A stretch of DNA of 62,425 nucleotides, counting the filler. It is 4 parts of 4 records of this genome, joined end to end, with 100 filler letters (N's around TTAATTAATTAA, not from the genome) between each part and the next. Parts side by side here need not be neighbours in the genome. Positions count along the whole stretch, not along the records: positions 14,141 to 33,434 come from SRR20825006_9; positions 33,535 to 56,508 come from SRR20825006_10; 2 more parts are not named here. The stretch is one strand, 5' to 3'. A model generated the notes under the pieces. The model did not search any database, was not told the DNA's origin, and saw only the letters and a list, made by a program, of their open reading frames with translations. How positions within the stretch are numbered: the first letter of the stretch is position 1; each line of letters begins with the position of its first letter. The translations under genes were made by a program, and so were the position numbers. Positions 27,082-36,317 of the stretch are shown here, piece after piece.

Positions 27082-29655
27082 TTAATTTTCTAAAGAAGCT
27101 TGCATCACATGCACACGTTCGAGATCATCAGTGGCTTGCAATAATTTGTTTTTAAGCACCTTGTTGAGGTCAGGATGTGCTTTTAAATAATTTTCTCTAA
27201 TGGTATATGCTTCCGCTGAAGAATAACGCCCAATGGTAGCATTCAACCAATTCTTTGGAAAGAAAATATCTCCTGTTTGTTGTATTTCTTCGAGTAATTC
27301 TAAAGAGGTTTTAAGGTGTTTTAAACCACTTTCTTGTCTCAATGGATGATTGATATAACCTAATGCTGAAAGTACCCAGGATTCCTTCTCTCTGTTTTTA
27401 GCATCCTGTAAACTGTTTACAAAGTTGGCGCGGGTAGTTTCGTCAGAAGACAGTGCGGGTTGTAAAAACTCAAATCTGCGTTTTTTATCAGGATTGGTAA
27501 TGGCGGCTGCAGCTTCTTTAAGAATTACATCAGTATGCTCATGCCTAAATAATGCAAGTTGCATAGCGATGCCGGTATAATCATCTTCGTTAAGTTTAAG
27601 GTTATTTATTTGTGTTTCCTTATTCCATATTGCATATAAGCGGTCTTTACCTGAAGGTGAATATCCAATAGACTCAAAAAGCCCAAAAAGTGTTTTTTTA
27701 ATATTCGCCGGAAGCGCTTGCTGCAACTGGTTATACACCAGATCTTCTAACTCTTTCTGATGCGATTCGCGTTGTATATTGGTGAGGTAGGTCCAGTATA
27801 AATTCTGCATCTGACTGCTGATTCGGTTTAAGATCAATGCGTTTTTTTCGTTAACCAGGCCTTTTTTATACAGTTCAAATACCGAAATAGGATTAAGACC
27901 TGCATTTAATAAATTCTCATGAACATTGATATAGCTGTATCCTCTGGCCACCTCATCTTGAACCTGCGGAAGACTTTGAAGCAAATCATCTTTCTGCGGA
28001 AAAATACCATAACCCATTCCGTCGTAATTGTAGATAATTTGCTGAGGTTTTGGCAAACCTTGAGCATCTTCTAGAAGTAAACGTTTTTCTTTAAAAGCAG
28101 CTGTAAGTATGTGGGTAGAGTCGGCATATACAAGCCCAATTTTAAAGGTTTGCGGCCAAATTTTAGCACTTCCGTCTTCAGCACTTTGAATGAGTTGAAG
28201 TTTTTCAATAGTATTCTGAGCATCATAGGTAATTTCTTCAGAAAACACCGGGCGACTGCTTTGATTAACCCAGACTTCACTCCATTTTTTGAGGTCTAAA
28301 TTTGTTTTAGTATCTAAAATAGACACCAGATCATCCCACACAGCATTATCATTAGCATAAGTCTTTATGTACTCTTGAATTCCTTCTTGAAAAGCTTTTT
28401 TACCCGTAGCAAGCTCAAGCTGACGCATCATAATAGGCGCTTTGTGATAGATGATTCCGCCGTAAAGAGAACCGGCATTTTTTAAATTATCAAGCTCTTG
28501 CCGTATGGGGTTAGCACCTTTTGTGCGGTCTTCACCATAAGCGCCGGGGTAATGACTTAATACAAATAGCAAGTCGTGATTTACCTCAGGAAATGCGGGA
28601 TTAACGATCTTATCTGCCATGAAATTGGCAAACACTTCTTTCATCCAAACATCATTAAACCAGTTCATCGTGACCAAATCGCCAAACCACATATGCGAGG
28701 TTTCGTGTGCGATGAGTTTAGCTCTGCTCAACAACTGACTTTCGGTTGCGGTCTGATCTAAAAACAACGTGGATTCCCGGTATTGAATAGCGCCCACGTG
28801 CTCCATTCCGCCATATTGAAAAATGGGAATCGCAGCAAAATCAAGCTTCTGAAACGGAAAAGAATAGGCAGTATAGTCCTCTAAATAATCTACCGCGCCT
28901 TTATGTAATTCAAAAATTGGATCAAGACTGGATTGCACTTTGGTACTGTCTGTCTCGCGATAAAGTAACTTCATATCAAACCCTGAAAGATCTTTTGTTG
29001 CGGTTTTAAATTTTCCGGCTACAAAAGAGAATAAATAGGTACTCATCAAGTCTGATGTAGCAAAGGTATGCGTGATGAAATTTCCATTTTTTGATTGCTC
29101 TTGCTCCGGTGCTCCGGCCAGAACTTCCCAATCTTGGGGTGCGGTGATGCTTAAATTATAAGTTGCCTTTAAATTAGGTTGATCAAAGCAAGGAAATAAG
29201 GTACTTGCCCTATCAGGAACCAAAAGTGTGTATAAAAAGTCTTCGTTTCTGTTAAGAGATTGCTCGCCGGCAGTAAATGCTATTTCAATATGATTTTTAC
29301 CTTCTTTTAAATATTCTGAAGGAATGATCACATGCTCCTGCTCGTGAATAATCTCAATGACTTCGGTATTGACTATAACATTACTTACGTGACCTTTTTC
29401 CACATTAAAATCAAGATAAAGCGGTTGAGAACTATCATGAATGGTAAGCGTAAGATCTAGAGAGGCGGGTATCGAATCTTCCAATTTTTCAGGGATAGAG
29501 AACTCTAGATCATAAACAATATCGCTGAGCTGTTGCTTTCTAAAATCGGCTAATTCTCTTGAAATTCCTGTACTGAGTAAATTATAATCTTCGGCTGAAG
29601 GTTTACAAGAGAAAAGACTCAGTACCAAAATGGAGACAAATACGCGTGTGGTCAT
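27082..29655 (-). CDS. M1 family aminopeptidase N (lipoprotein) with ERAP1-like C-terminal domain
   Basis: PCFDQP, GGMEH, HETSHMW-x-E zinc motif; start moved to ATG 29655 giving an LFSC lipobox, because the longer ORF start overlaps a terminator. Confidence 0.92.
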   Translation of the reverse strand: MTTRVFVSILVLSLFSCKPSAEDYNLLSTGISRELADFRKQQLSDIVYDLEFSIPEKLEDSIPASLDLTLTIHDSSQPLYLDFNVEKGHVSNVIVNTEVIEIIHEQEHVIIPSEYLKEGKNHIEIAFTAGEQSLNRNEDFLYTLLVPDRASTLFPCFDQPNLKATYNLSITAPQDWEVLAGAPEQEQSKNGNFITHTFATSDLMSTYLFSFVAGKFKTATKDLSGFDMKLLYRETDSTKVQSSLDPIFELHKGAVDYLEDYTAYSFPFQKLDFAAIPIFQYGGMEHVGAIQYRESTLFLDQTATESQLLSRAKLIAHETSHMWFGDLVTMNWFNDVWMKEVFANFMADKIVNPAFPEVNHDLLFVLSHYPGAYGEDRTKGANPIRQELDNLKNAGSLYGGIIYHKAPIMMRQLELATGKKAFQEGIQEYIKTYANDNAVWDDLVSILDTKTNLDLKKWSEVWVNQSSRPVFSEEITYDAQNTIEKLQLIQSAEDGSAKIWPQTFKIGLVYADSTHILTAAFKEKRLLLEDAQGLPKPQQIIYNYDGMGYGIFPQKDDLLQSLPQVQDEVARGYSYINVHENLLNAGLNPISVFELYKKGLVNEKNALILNRISSQMQNLYWTYLTNIQRESHQKELEDLVYNQLQQALPANIKKTLFGLFESIGYSPSGKDRLYAIWNKETQINNLKLNEDDYTGIAMQLALFRHEHTDVILKEAAAAITNPDKKRRFEFLQPALSSDETTRANFVNSLQDAKNREKESWVLSALGYINHPLRQESGLKHLKTSLELLEEIQQTGDIFFPKNWLNATIGRYSSAEAYTIRENYLKAHPDLNKVLKNKLLQATDDLERVHVMQASLEN

Positions 29656-29721
29656 TAAAGGGTGCTTGATATTTGAAAGGTTAAATATCGGGAAAACGCT
29701 GCAATGCATGCCTATACCCAT

Positions 29722-29756
29722 AAAAAAAGCCGTTTTCACCTTTTGAAAACGGCTTT
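29722..29756 (-). terminator. Rho-independent terminator
   Basis: AAAAAAAGCCGTTTTCA-CCTTT-TGAAAACGGCTTT. Confidence 0.85.
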
Positions 29757-29818
29757 AATTACTTCTTTTTTTGATATCATTAAAGGATATATGATCCTAC
29801 GGAATTAGGCTTCAAGAC

Positions 29819-31663
29819 TTATTCAGCATCTTTAGACCAGCTGTTATTGCTTCGATCAATATCAGCCATTAGCTGTTGTGCGTCTATAGTCATCGCTTTA
29901 ATTTCAGAAAGCGGCTTGTCTATCGTAAAAGTATACGTTGGGTACGCCCACGGCCAGTCTTCTAACTGCGTGCGTGGCATAGTAGGAAACGGATTTACCT
30001 TGCTTGCGCGCATCATACGTAACGGAATGTAATAGGCTTCTGTAGCATCATCTGTTGTGTTGATATAGAAATCTACCGGCATTGGCATTAAACCTTTACG
30101 CTCTAAAGTAACTTGGGTTTTTCCATCAACTTCTTCAACGTTTTTGATCGCGTAATCAATGGTGTTGGTAGTTTCTGTCCAGTCTACTAAATACCAGTCA
30201 AGCTGCATACCGCTTACTTTTTCTGCAACACGCTTAAAGTCGTTAGGCGTAGGATGTTTAAAATGCCATTCATCAAAATATCTAGTTAGCGTTTTTGCTA
30301 AATTCTCCTGACCAATGACATAACCTAATTGTGCTAAAAACACAGCACCTTTAGAATACGCCGAAGCACCATATGCAGCATTCAGTGCATAACGATCTGC
30401 ATAGGTGGTTTGCGGTTGTTCTATACCGCTGGTTGCTAATCTGAAGTAAGAAGAATAATTACCCGCTTGCGGATTCTCTTTCTTCTCTCCCATTACCACA
30501 TTTTCTGCTTCGGTAGAGATATAGGTGGTAAAACCTTCATCCATCCACTCGTATTTTTGCTCATTGGTAGCCATTAAAAACTGAAACCAACTGTGAGCAA
30601 ATTCGTGCGCGGTTACCCCTACTAAACTTCCAAAACTACGTTCACCGGTAATTAAAGTACACATTGCATACTCCATACCACCATCACCACCTTGAATCAC
30701 TGAGTACTGATCGTAAGGATATTGGCCTACGTGCTTGTTATAAAAAGCTAAAAGCTCTGCTGTTTTAGGCTGAAGATTTTTCCAGTTTTCAATGATTTCC
30801 TTGTTGTCTTTGTAAAAGAAATGCAAGATCGTACCGTCTTCTGCTGTGATTTTATCGTGAATATAATCAGGATCAGCTGCCCAAGTAAAATCGTGTACGT
30901 TAGGCGCCACAAAATGCCAAGTGTATTTTCCTTTTGTTGGCTTTACAGGTTTTTGATCAGGTGCTCCGTATCCGTGGCCTATTTCAGGATTTTGAAGATA
31001 TCCGGTACCACCAATGGTATAGTCTGCATCGATGCTGATTTTCACATCAAAATCTCCCCAAACGCCATGAAATTCACGTGCGATGTACGGATCTGCGTGC
31101 CAACCCTGAAAATCATATTCAGCTAATTTAGGATACCACTGCGTCATAGACAGGGCTACTCCTTCGGCATTATTGCGACCGCTTCTTCTGACCTGTACCG
31201 GTACTTGCCCGTTAAAATCCATATTAAAGGTGGTGCTTTCGCCCGGAGCAATAGTCTTTGCAAGACTTACTTCAAGTACAGTCCCAGCTACGTTGTACGT
31301 TAGTGCGGTTCCATCTTGAGTCAATGTGCTCACTTTTAAGAAGCCGATCTCGTCTGGTTCTAATTTTGAAATGCGATCTACCACGCGACGATCAGGATCT
31401 TGTATGGTTAAAGAACGTACATCCATCTCGCTTCCCGGTTGAAAAGCATTAAAATAAAGATGATAAAAAACCTGATCTAGAGTATCAGGCGAATTATTAG
31501 TGTACACCAATTCTTGTTTACCGGTGTAATTGTAATCTTCAACATTCATATCAACCTCCATGGTATAGTCAACATGTTGTTGCCAGTATGAAGTGTTGTT
31601 TTGTGCTTGTGCAAAGCTAAAAAAGCCTAAGATTGAAAGACCTACTAGAGTTTTTAAGTTCAT
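29819..31663 (-). CDS. Secreted M1 family metallopeptidase
   Basis: YWQQHVDY, QWYPK, GGMEY, HEFAHSWF, WMDEG, YSKG. Confidence 0.93.
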   Translation of the reverse strand: MNLKTLVGLSILGFFSFAQAQNNTSYWQQHVDYTMEVDMNVEDYNYTGKQELVYTNNSPDTLDQVFYHLYFNAFQPGSEMDVRSLTIQDPDRRVVDRISKLEPDEIGFLKVSTLTQDGTALTYNVAGTVLEVSLAKTIAPGESTTFNMDFNGQVPVQVRRSGRNNAEGVALSMTQWYPKLAEYDFQGWHADPYIAREFHGVWGDFDVKISIDADYTIGGTGYLQNPEIGHGYGAPDQKPVKPTKGKYTWHFVAPNVHDFTWAADPDYIHDKITAEDGTILHFFYKDNKEIIENWKNLQPKTAELLAFYNKHVGQYPYDQYSVIQGGDGGMEYAMCTLITGERSFGSLVGVTAHEFAHSWFQFLMATNEQKYEWMDEGFTTYISTEAENVVMGEKKENPQAGNYSSYFRLATSGIEQPQTTYADRYALNAAYGASAYSKGAVFLAQLGYVIGQENLAKTLTRYFDEWHFKHPTPNDFKRVAEKVSGMQLDWYLVDWTETTNTIDYAIKNVEEVDGKTQVTLERKGLMPMPVDFYINTTDDATEAYYIPLRMMRASKVNPFPTMPRTQLEDWPWAYPTYTFTIDKPLSEIKAMTIDAQQLMADIDRSNNSWSKDAE

Positions 31664-31694
31664 ATTTTAGTTTAGTTTTTACGCAATAAACGAT

Positions 31695-31751
31695 AAAAAA
31701 TGCTCGAAACACTACATCCCTTAGTGGTGCCAATAATGGGTGTTTCGAGCA
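31695..31751 (-). terminator. Long-loop hairpin / terminator after the S8 protease
   Basis: TGCTCGAAACAC (31701-31712) / GTGTTTCGAGCA (31740-31751) with an A-run on the left. Confidence 0.6.
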
Positions 31752-31757
31752 GTGTTA

Positions 31758-33413
31758 TTACTTACTTGATAATTCGGCCATTTTAAAGGCATTATACATA
31801 TTAACCATTTTTCCTGATTTAGAAAGCTGAGAAAATGATTTTACGTTTTCTGGATCACCACCTGCAGAAACCTGAATGTTTGTGCTTACACCGGTTTGTA
31901 GAATGATCTGTTTGATCTGTGCTGCACTGAATTGTGGATAATAGGATCTCAACATTGCTGCAACTCCTGCAACTTCTGGAGAAGCCATTGATGTTCCTTG
32001 CAAAAATTCATATTCATTACCCGGCACGGTTGAATAGATTTGAACTCCCGGAGCAAAAACATCAACGTTTGATTTACCGTAGTTTGAGAAACTAGCAACT
32101 AGTTTACCGCCGTAGGTTTCATTAAGTGCACCTACAGAAATTAAGTTATCTGCAAATTCGCTTTCGTTATCCAATTGATCATTAGGATAAACCGTGTCAC
32201 CGGTATCTAAATCTATACCTTCATTACCTGCAGCGTTAACGATCAAAACATCCTTTTTTGCTGCGTATTTGATAGCGTCATAAACCCATTCAGGATTTGT
32301 GGCGAAGTATTTTCCAAAGCTGGTATTGATTACTTTTGCACCGTTATCTACAGCATAACGTATAGCAAGAGCAATATCTTTATCGCGCTCATCACCATCA
32401 GGAACCGCGCGTACTACCATAATTTTTACATTGTTGGCAACGCCATCCATACCAATACCATTATTACGTTCTGCAGCGATAATACCGGCTACGTGAGTAC
32501 CATGTCTGGCAGCATCAGGATCAGGACCTATAACATTATTATTTCCGTAATCAGTGTCTTTGATGTCTTCTGGATCATCACCAACTACTGCTCTGTAATT
32601 GCCCTCTAGATTGTAGTTATGATTAATTTGATTCGTCATACTTTCTAGCTGCTCGTTAATCATTACCAGAAATTCAGGAATAGAATCTTCATAATTTAGC
32701 ATCTGAGTCAGGATAGCCTTATTGCGCTGATCCATTTCGGTGGTTGCTTCAAGTGCCTGAAGTTCTTCTGCAGTGTAATCTTCTTTTCCTAATTTTTGAG
32801 AAACCGCAGTATGTGCGCTTTTTACCGCTGCAACGATCTGATCGTATTGCATTTTTTGCTGAATAAGTTCATCTTTTTCAGTTTCTACTTGCTTTTTAGC
32901 TTCGGTATAAGTTTTAAAAAGTTCTTTTTGAGCAGCAGGAATTTGATCTAAAGTTTTACCCTTAAACTGTGCATCATATTTTTGAACGATACGGCTTTTT
33001 TCTAATTGCTCATTTACAACGTCGCCTAGAAAATTCCATCCATGTACATCATCGATGTAGCCATTTTTATCGTCGTCTATTCCGTTATTGGGAATTTCAT
33101 CTTCATTGGTCCAGATCACCCCGTCAAGATCTTCGTGCTCAATGTCTACCCCGCTATCAATAACCGCCACGATTACTGAAGATCCGGTACCTTTAATGAT
33201 CTCATCATAGGTTTTTGCTACGCTCATACCGGGAATGGTATCTGCCGTAATATCTTTTGTAGGCCAGGCTTTTTCTTGAGTTTCGTTAAGCTCAGAAACT
33301 TTTAAAGGAAGTTGGTCAACATTTTCAGCAGGAATACTGATTAATGGCGCTGTGGAATCACAACTTGAGAGAAGCAATGTAGCTCCAAAAGCTGCAAGAA
33401 CTATTTTTTTCAT
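31758..33413 (-). CDS. S8 subtilisin-like serine protease (lipoprotein)
   Basis: LSSC lipobox; catalytic VAVIDSG, HGTHVAG, GTSMASP. Confidence 0.95.
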   Translation of the reverse strand: MKKIVLAAFGATLLLSSCDSTAPLISIPAENVDQLPLKVSELNETQEKAWPTKDITADTIPGMSVAKTYDEIIKGTGSSVIVAVIDSGVDIEHEDLDGVIWTNEDEIPNNGIDDDKNGYIDDVHGWNFLGDVVNEQLEKSRIVQKYDAQFKGKTLDQIPAAQKELFKTYTEAKKQVETEKDELIQQKMQYDQIVAAVKSAHTAVSQKLGKEDYTAEELQALEATTEMDQRNKAILTQMLNYEDSIPEFLVMINEQLESMTNQINHNYNLEGNYRAVVGDDPEDIKDTDYGNNNVIGPDPDAARHGTHVAGIIAAERNNGIGMDGVANNVKIMVVRAVPDGDERDKDIALAIRYAVDNGAKVINTSFGKYFATNPEWVYDAIKYAAKKDVLIVNAAGNEGIDLDTGDTVYPNDQLDNESEFADNLISVGALNETYGGKLVASFSNYGKSNVDVFAPGVQIYSTVPGNEYEFLQGTSMASPEVAGVAAMLRSYYPQFSAAQIKQIILQTGVSTNIQVSAGGDPENVKSFSQLSKSGKMVNMYNAFKMAELSSK

Positions 33414-33434
33414 ATTTAGGAGTTATTTTATATT

Positions 33435-33534
33435 NNNNNNNNNNNNNNNNNNNNNNNNNNNNNNNNNNNNNNNNNNNNTTAATTAATTAANNNNNNNNNN
33501 NNNNNNNNNNNNNNNNNNNNNNNNNNNNNNNNNN
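33435..33534. other. Artificial contig-joining spacer
   Basis: 44 N + TTAATTAATTAA + 44 N. Confidence 0.98.
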
Positions 33535-34092
33535 CAATTCATTAATAACAAAAATGCAACGATTGCTCCGTGGAATCATCCCAAAATGAATTACTCTGTC
33601 GTCTGCATACGTTAATTTCAGATTGGCTGCTTTTATTGGATCTACATCGCCAATTATATCAGCAACGGTAACATCTGGCGTGGCAAGCTTCTCTGAAAAA
33701 CGCTCGTTGCGGTGCAACCAACTTATTGGAGTAGCATCACCTTTTTCTTCAATAAGATTTTTAGCAAACCGTGAAATTGGGTTGAATGGGTCGTCATTAA
33801 TTTCACTACCGTCAACAACAGGAATATATTCGTCTAAAAGCTGTACCATTTGTCGTGCTAAACGTGTTTTAGCTTGACCGCGAAGTCCCAAAAGGTTTAT
33901 GTTATGCTTCGAAAGAATGGCACGTTCCAATTCAGGTATTACAGTGAGTTCATAACCGTGAATACCTACAAAAGGTGTTTCCTTCTTCATTATTTTCTGA
34001 AGAAGATTACGGCGTAATTCCTCCTTTATTGCTATGGATTCGTAACCCGATTTTTTGAGTTCGCTGAAGGTTTTAATTTTTTCTATATTCAT
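33535..34092 (-). CDS. Magnesium-chelatase/MoxR-like AAA+ ATPase, 5' part (truncated by contig end)
   Basis: GLRGQAKT Walker A variant, EKLATPD, GDVDPIK, INEL Walker B at the break. Confidence 0.85.
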
Positions 34093-34210
34093 AATTTTTT
34101 ACAATCAATTTTTTAATATCTAAAGACTTAAAAGGAAAAATTTATTTCTACTTTATGTCTTCATTACTTTTATACACAACAAAACAAACGCCTACTATTT
34201 TATATGTTAT

Positions 34211-35332
34211 CTATTTTATATGTTTTCTACGGTTGGTTTCATAATCACTAAAAATCATTTCGCCTAAACCTTTTAAACCTGTATAAAATGCTTTTCCTTG
34301 ATTTGCTGCAGAAAAATGTTCTACAAATTGCATCAAATAAGGGTCTTCAGCAATCATAAACGTAGTAATGGGAATATGAAGTTTTCGCGCTTGCGATGCC
34401 ATAGCATAGCATTTGTTAACAATATAATTATCAAGGCCGTTGCTATTTTTATAATAACGCCCATCGGGAAGCCTTACACAGCTGGGCTTACCGTCGGTTA
34501 TCATAAAAATCTGTTTGTTGGTGTTTCGCTTTCTTCGAAGCATATCCATAGCAAGCTGAAGTCCAGCAACCGTGTTTGTGTGATAAGGACCTACGTTTAA
34601 ATAAGGTAAATCCTTTATCTTTATGGGCCAAGCATCATTACCAAATACTAAAACATCTAAAGTGTCTTTTGGGTAGCGCGTTGTTATAAATTCAGAAAGT
34701 GCCATTGCCACTTTTTTTGCGGGCGTTATTCGGTCTTCGCCATAAAGAATCATACTATGGCTAATGTCGATCATTAGCACGGTGCTCATTTGGGTTTTAT
34801 GCATGGTTTCTTCAACCACTAAATCATTTTCTGAGAGTATAAAATCACCAAATCCGTGATTTATTTGTGCGTTTTTAAAACTTTCGGTCATAGATATTTG
34901 TTCTAACGAATCACCGAATCTATAGTTTCTAAATTCTCCCGCTTGCTCATCTCCTCTCCCGATTTGCTTGGTTTTATGATTCCCTACGCCATTTTTACGA
35001 AGTTTGCCAAATATTTGTTCTAGGGCTTTTTTCCGAAGTGCTCTTTCTGTTTTTTCGGTAATCTTTAAACCATTTTTACCATCTATTTTTATTTCTTCCC
35101 GCAAATACCCTTTTTGCTTTAATTCTTCCACAAAATCATCTAAAGTGTAGTCTTCTGAAGTAATATTATACTCTTCATCCAACTGCTTTAACCAATCCAT
35201 AGCTTCTTCAAAATCTCCAGAAGTATGCGTAATTAACTCTTGAAAAACATCAAAAAGTGTTTCGAATGGTGATTGTTTTTTTGGAGTGTGCTTGGTAAAA
35301 ACAAATCCGCTTTTAGCTTCTTTCTTCTTCAT
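34211..35332 (-). CDS. vWA domain protein (partner of the adjacent ATPase)
   Basis: MIDAS DISHSM, TNTVAGL, ITDGKP. Confidence 0.9.
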   Translation of the reverse strand: MKKKEAKSGFVFTKHTPKKQSPFETLFDVFQELITHTSGDFEEAMDWLKQLDEEYNITSEDYTLDDFVEELKQKGYLREEIKIDGKNGLKITEKTERALRKKALEQIFGKLRKNGVGNHKTKQIGRGDEQAGEFRNYRFGDSLEQISMTESFKNAQINHGFGDFILSENDLVVEETMHKTQMSTVLMIDISHSMILYGEDRITPAKKVAMALSEFITTRYPKDTLDVLVFGNDAWPIKIKDLPYLNVGPYHTNTVAGLQLAMDMLRRKRNTNKQIFMITDGKPSCVRLPDGRYYKNSNGLDNYIVNKCYAMASQARKLHIPITTFMIAEDPYLMQFVEHFSAANQGKAFYTGLKGLGEMIFSDYETNRRKHIK

Positions 35333-35564
35333 CTTTTAAAAGTAAAACAATCGTTGTTTATATTCCAAACTGAAACGTTAAACTAAGTTTAAAGTATTTG
35401 TTTAAAAAAATATTTTGTAGGAAAAAAGTACCTTCAATATGAAAAAGTGTAACACAATATTAATTTAAATGCTAAGTTTATTTTAAAATTTTGCGCACTG
35501 TGAAAGGAAATATTACCTTTAAGAAATTAAAGAATTACTAACACTAACTATAAAGTATATTCAA

Positions 35565-36155
35565 ATGAAAAAATTAGGAATATTAATTACAGCCACAGCA
35601 ATTTTAGCGTTTGTAGGTTGTAAGAATGAAAAAAAAGACATGGATAATGCAGAAGAAGTAAATGATTCTGTACAAGTAGATACCACTGTTGAAAAGGTGG
35701 AGTCTAAATCAATTTCAGTTACTATGGAACCTAAGAGCGGAAGTACCGCAATGGGCGAAGTATATTTTACAGAAGCAAATGGTATTGTGAAAATGGAAGC
35801 TAAATTTTCGGGACTAACAGCAGGAACACATGCAATTCATTTACATGAAAAAGCAGATTGTAGTTCAGATGACGGAAAATCTTCAGGTGGCCACTGGAAT
35901 CCCACACACCAAAAACATGGCAAATGGGGAGATGATGAAGGATTTCACAAAGGCGACATCGGTAATTTTGAAGCAGATGCTAACGGAAACGGAAAAATAG
36001 CAATGCAAACAGATGAATGGTGCATAGGCTGTGGTGATGCAAATAAAGACATACTTGGGAAAGCAATTATAGTGCATGATGGAACAGATGATTTTGTTTC
36101 ACAACCAACTGGTGATGCTGGAGGAAGAGTAGCCTGTGGCGGAATTATTGAATAA
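35565..36155 (+). CDS. sodC: Cu/Zn superoxide dismutase (lipoprotein)
   Basis: FVGC lipobox; HAIHLH, GGHWNP, HKGDIGN, IIVH, GDAGGRVACG. Confidence 0.92.
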   Translation: MKKLGILITATAILAFVGCKNEKKDMDNAEEVNDSVQVDTTVEKVESKSISVTMEPKSGSTAMGEVYFTEANGIVKMEAKFSGLTAGTHAIHLHEKADCSSDDGKSSGGHWNPTHQKHGKWGDDEGFHKGDIGNFEADANGNGKIAMQTDEWCIGCGDANKDILGKAIIVHDGTDDFVSQPTGDAGGRVACGGIIE

Positions 36156-36170
36156 AAACATAATGAATTT

Positions 36171-36206
36171 AAAAAAAAGCCATCTCAAAATTGAGATGGC
36201 TTTTTT
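36171..36206 (+). terminator. Rho-independent terminator
   Basis: AAAGCCATCTCAA-AA-TTGAGATGGCTTTTTT. Confidence 0.85.
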
Positions 36207-36317
36207 ATTATTTAGAAATTTATGTGTTTACCCTTTCACTAAAATGTAGATTTAAATCGTTTTAAATTTTAAAATTACTATTATTGACTATTACTAATAT
36301 TAATCACTATTACTTGT

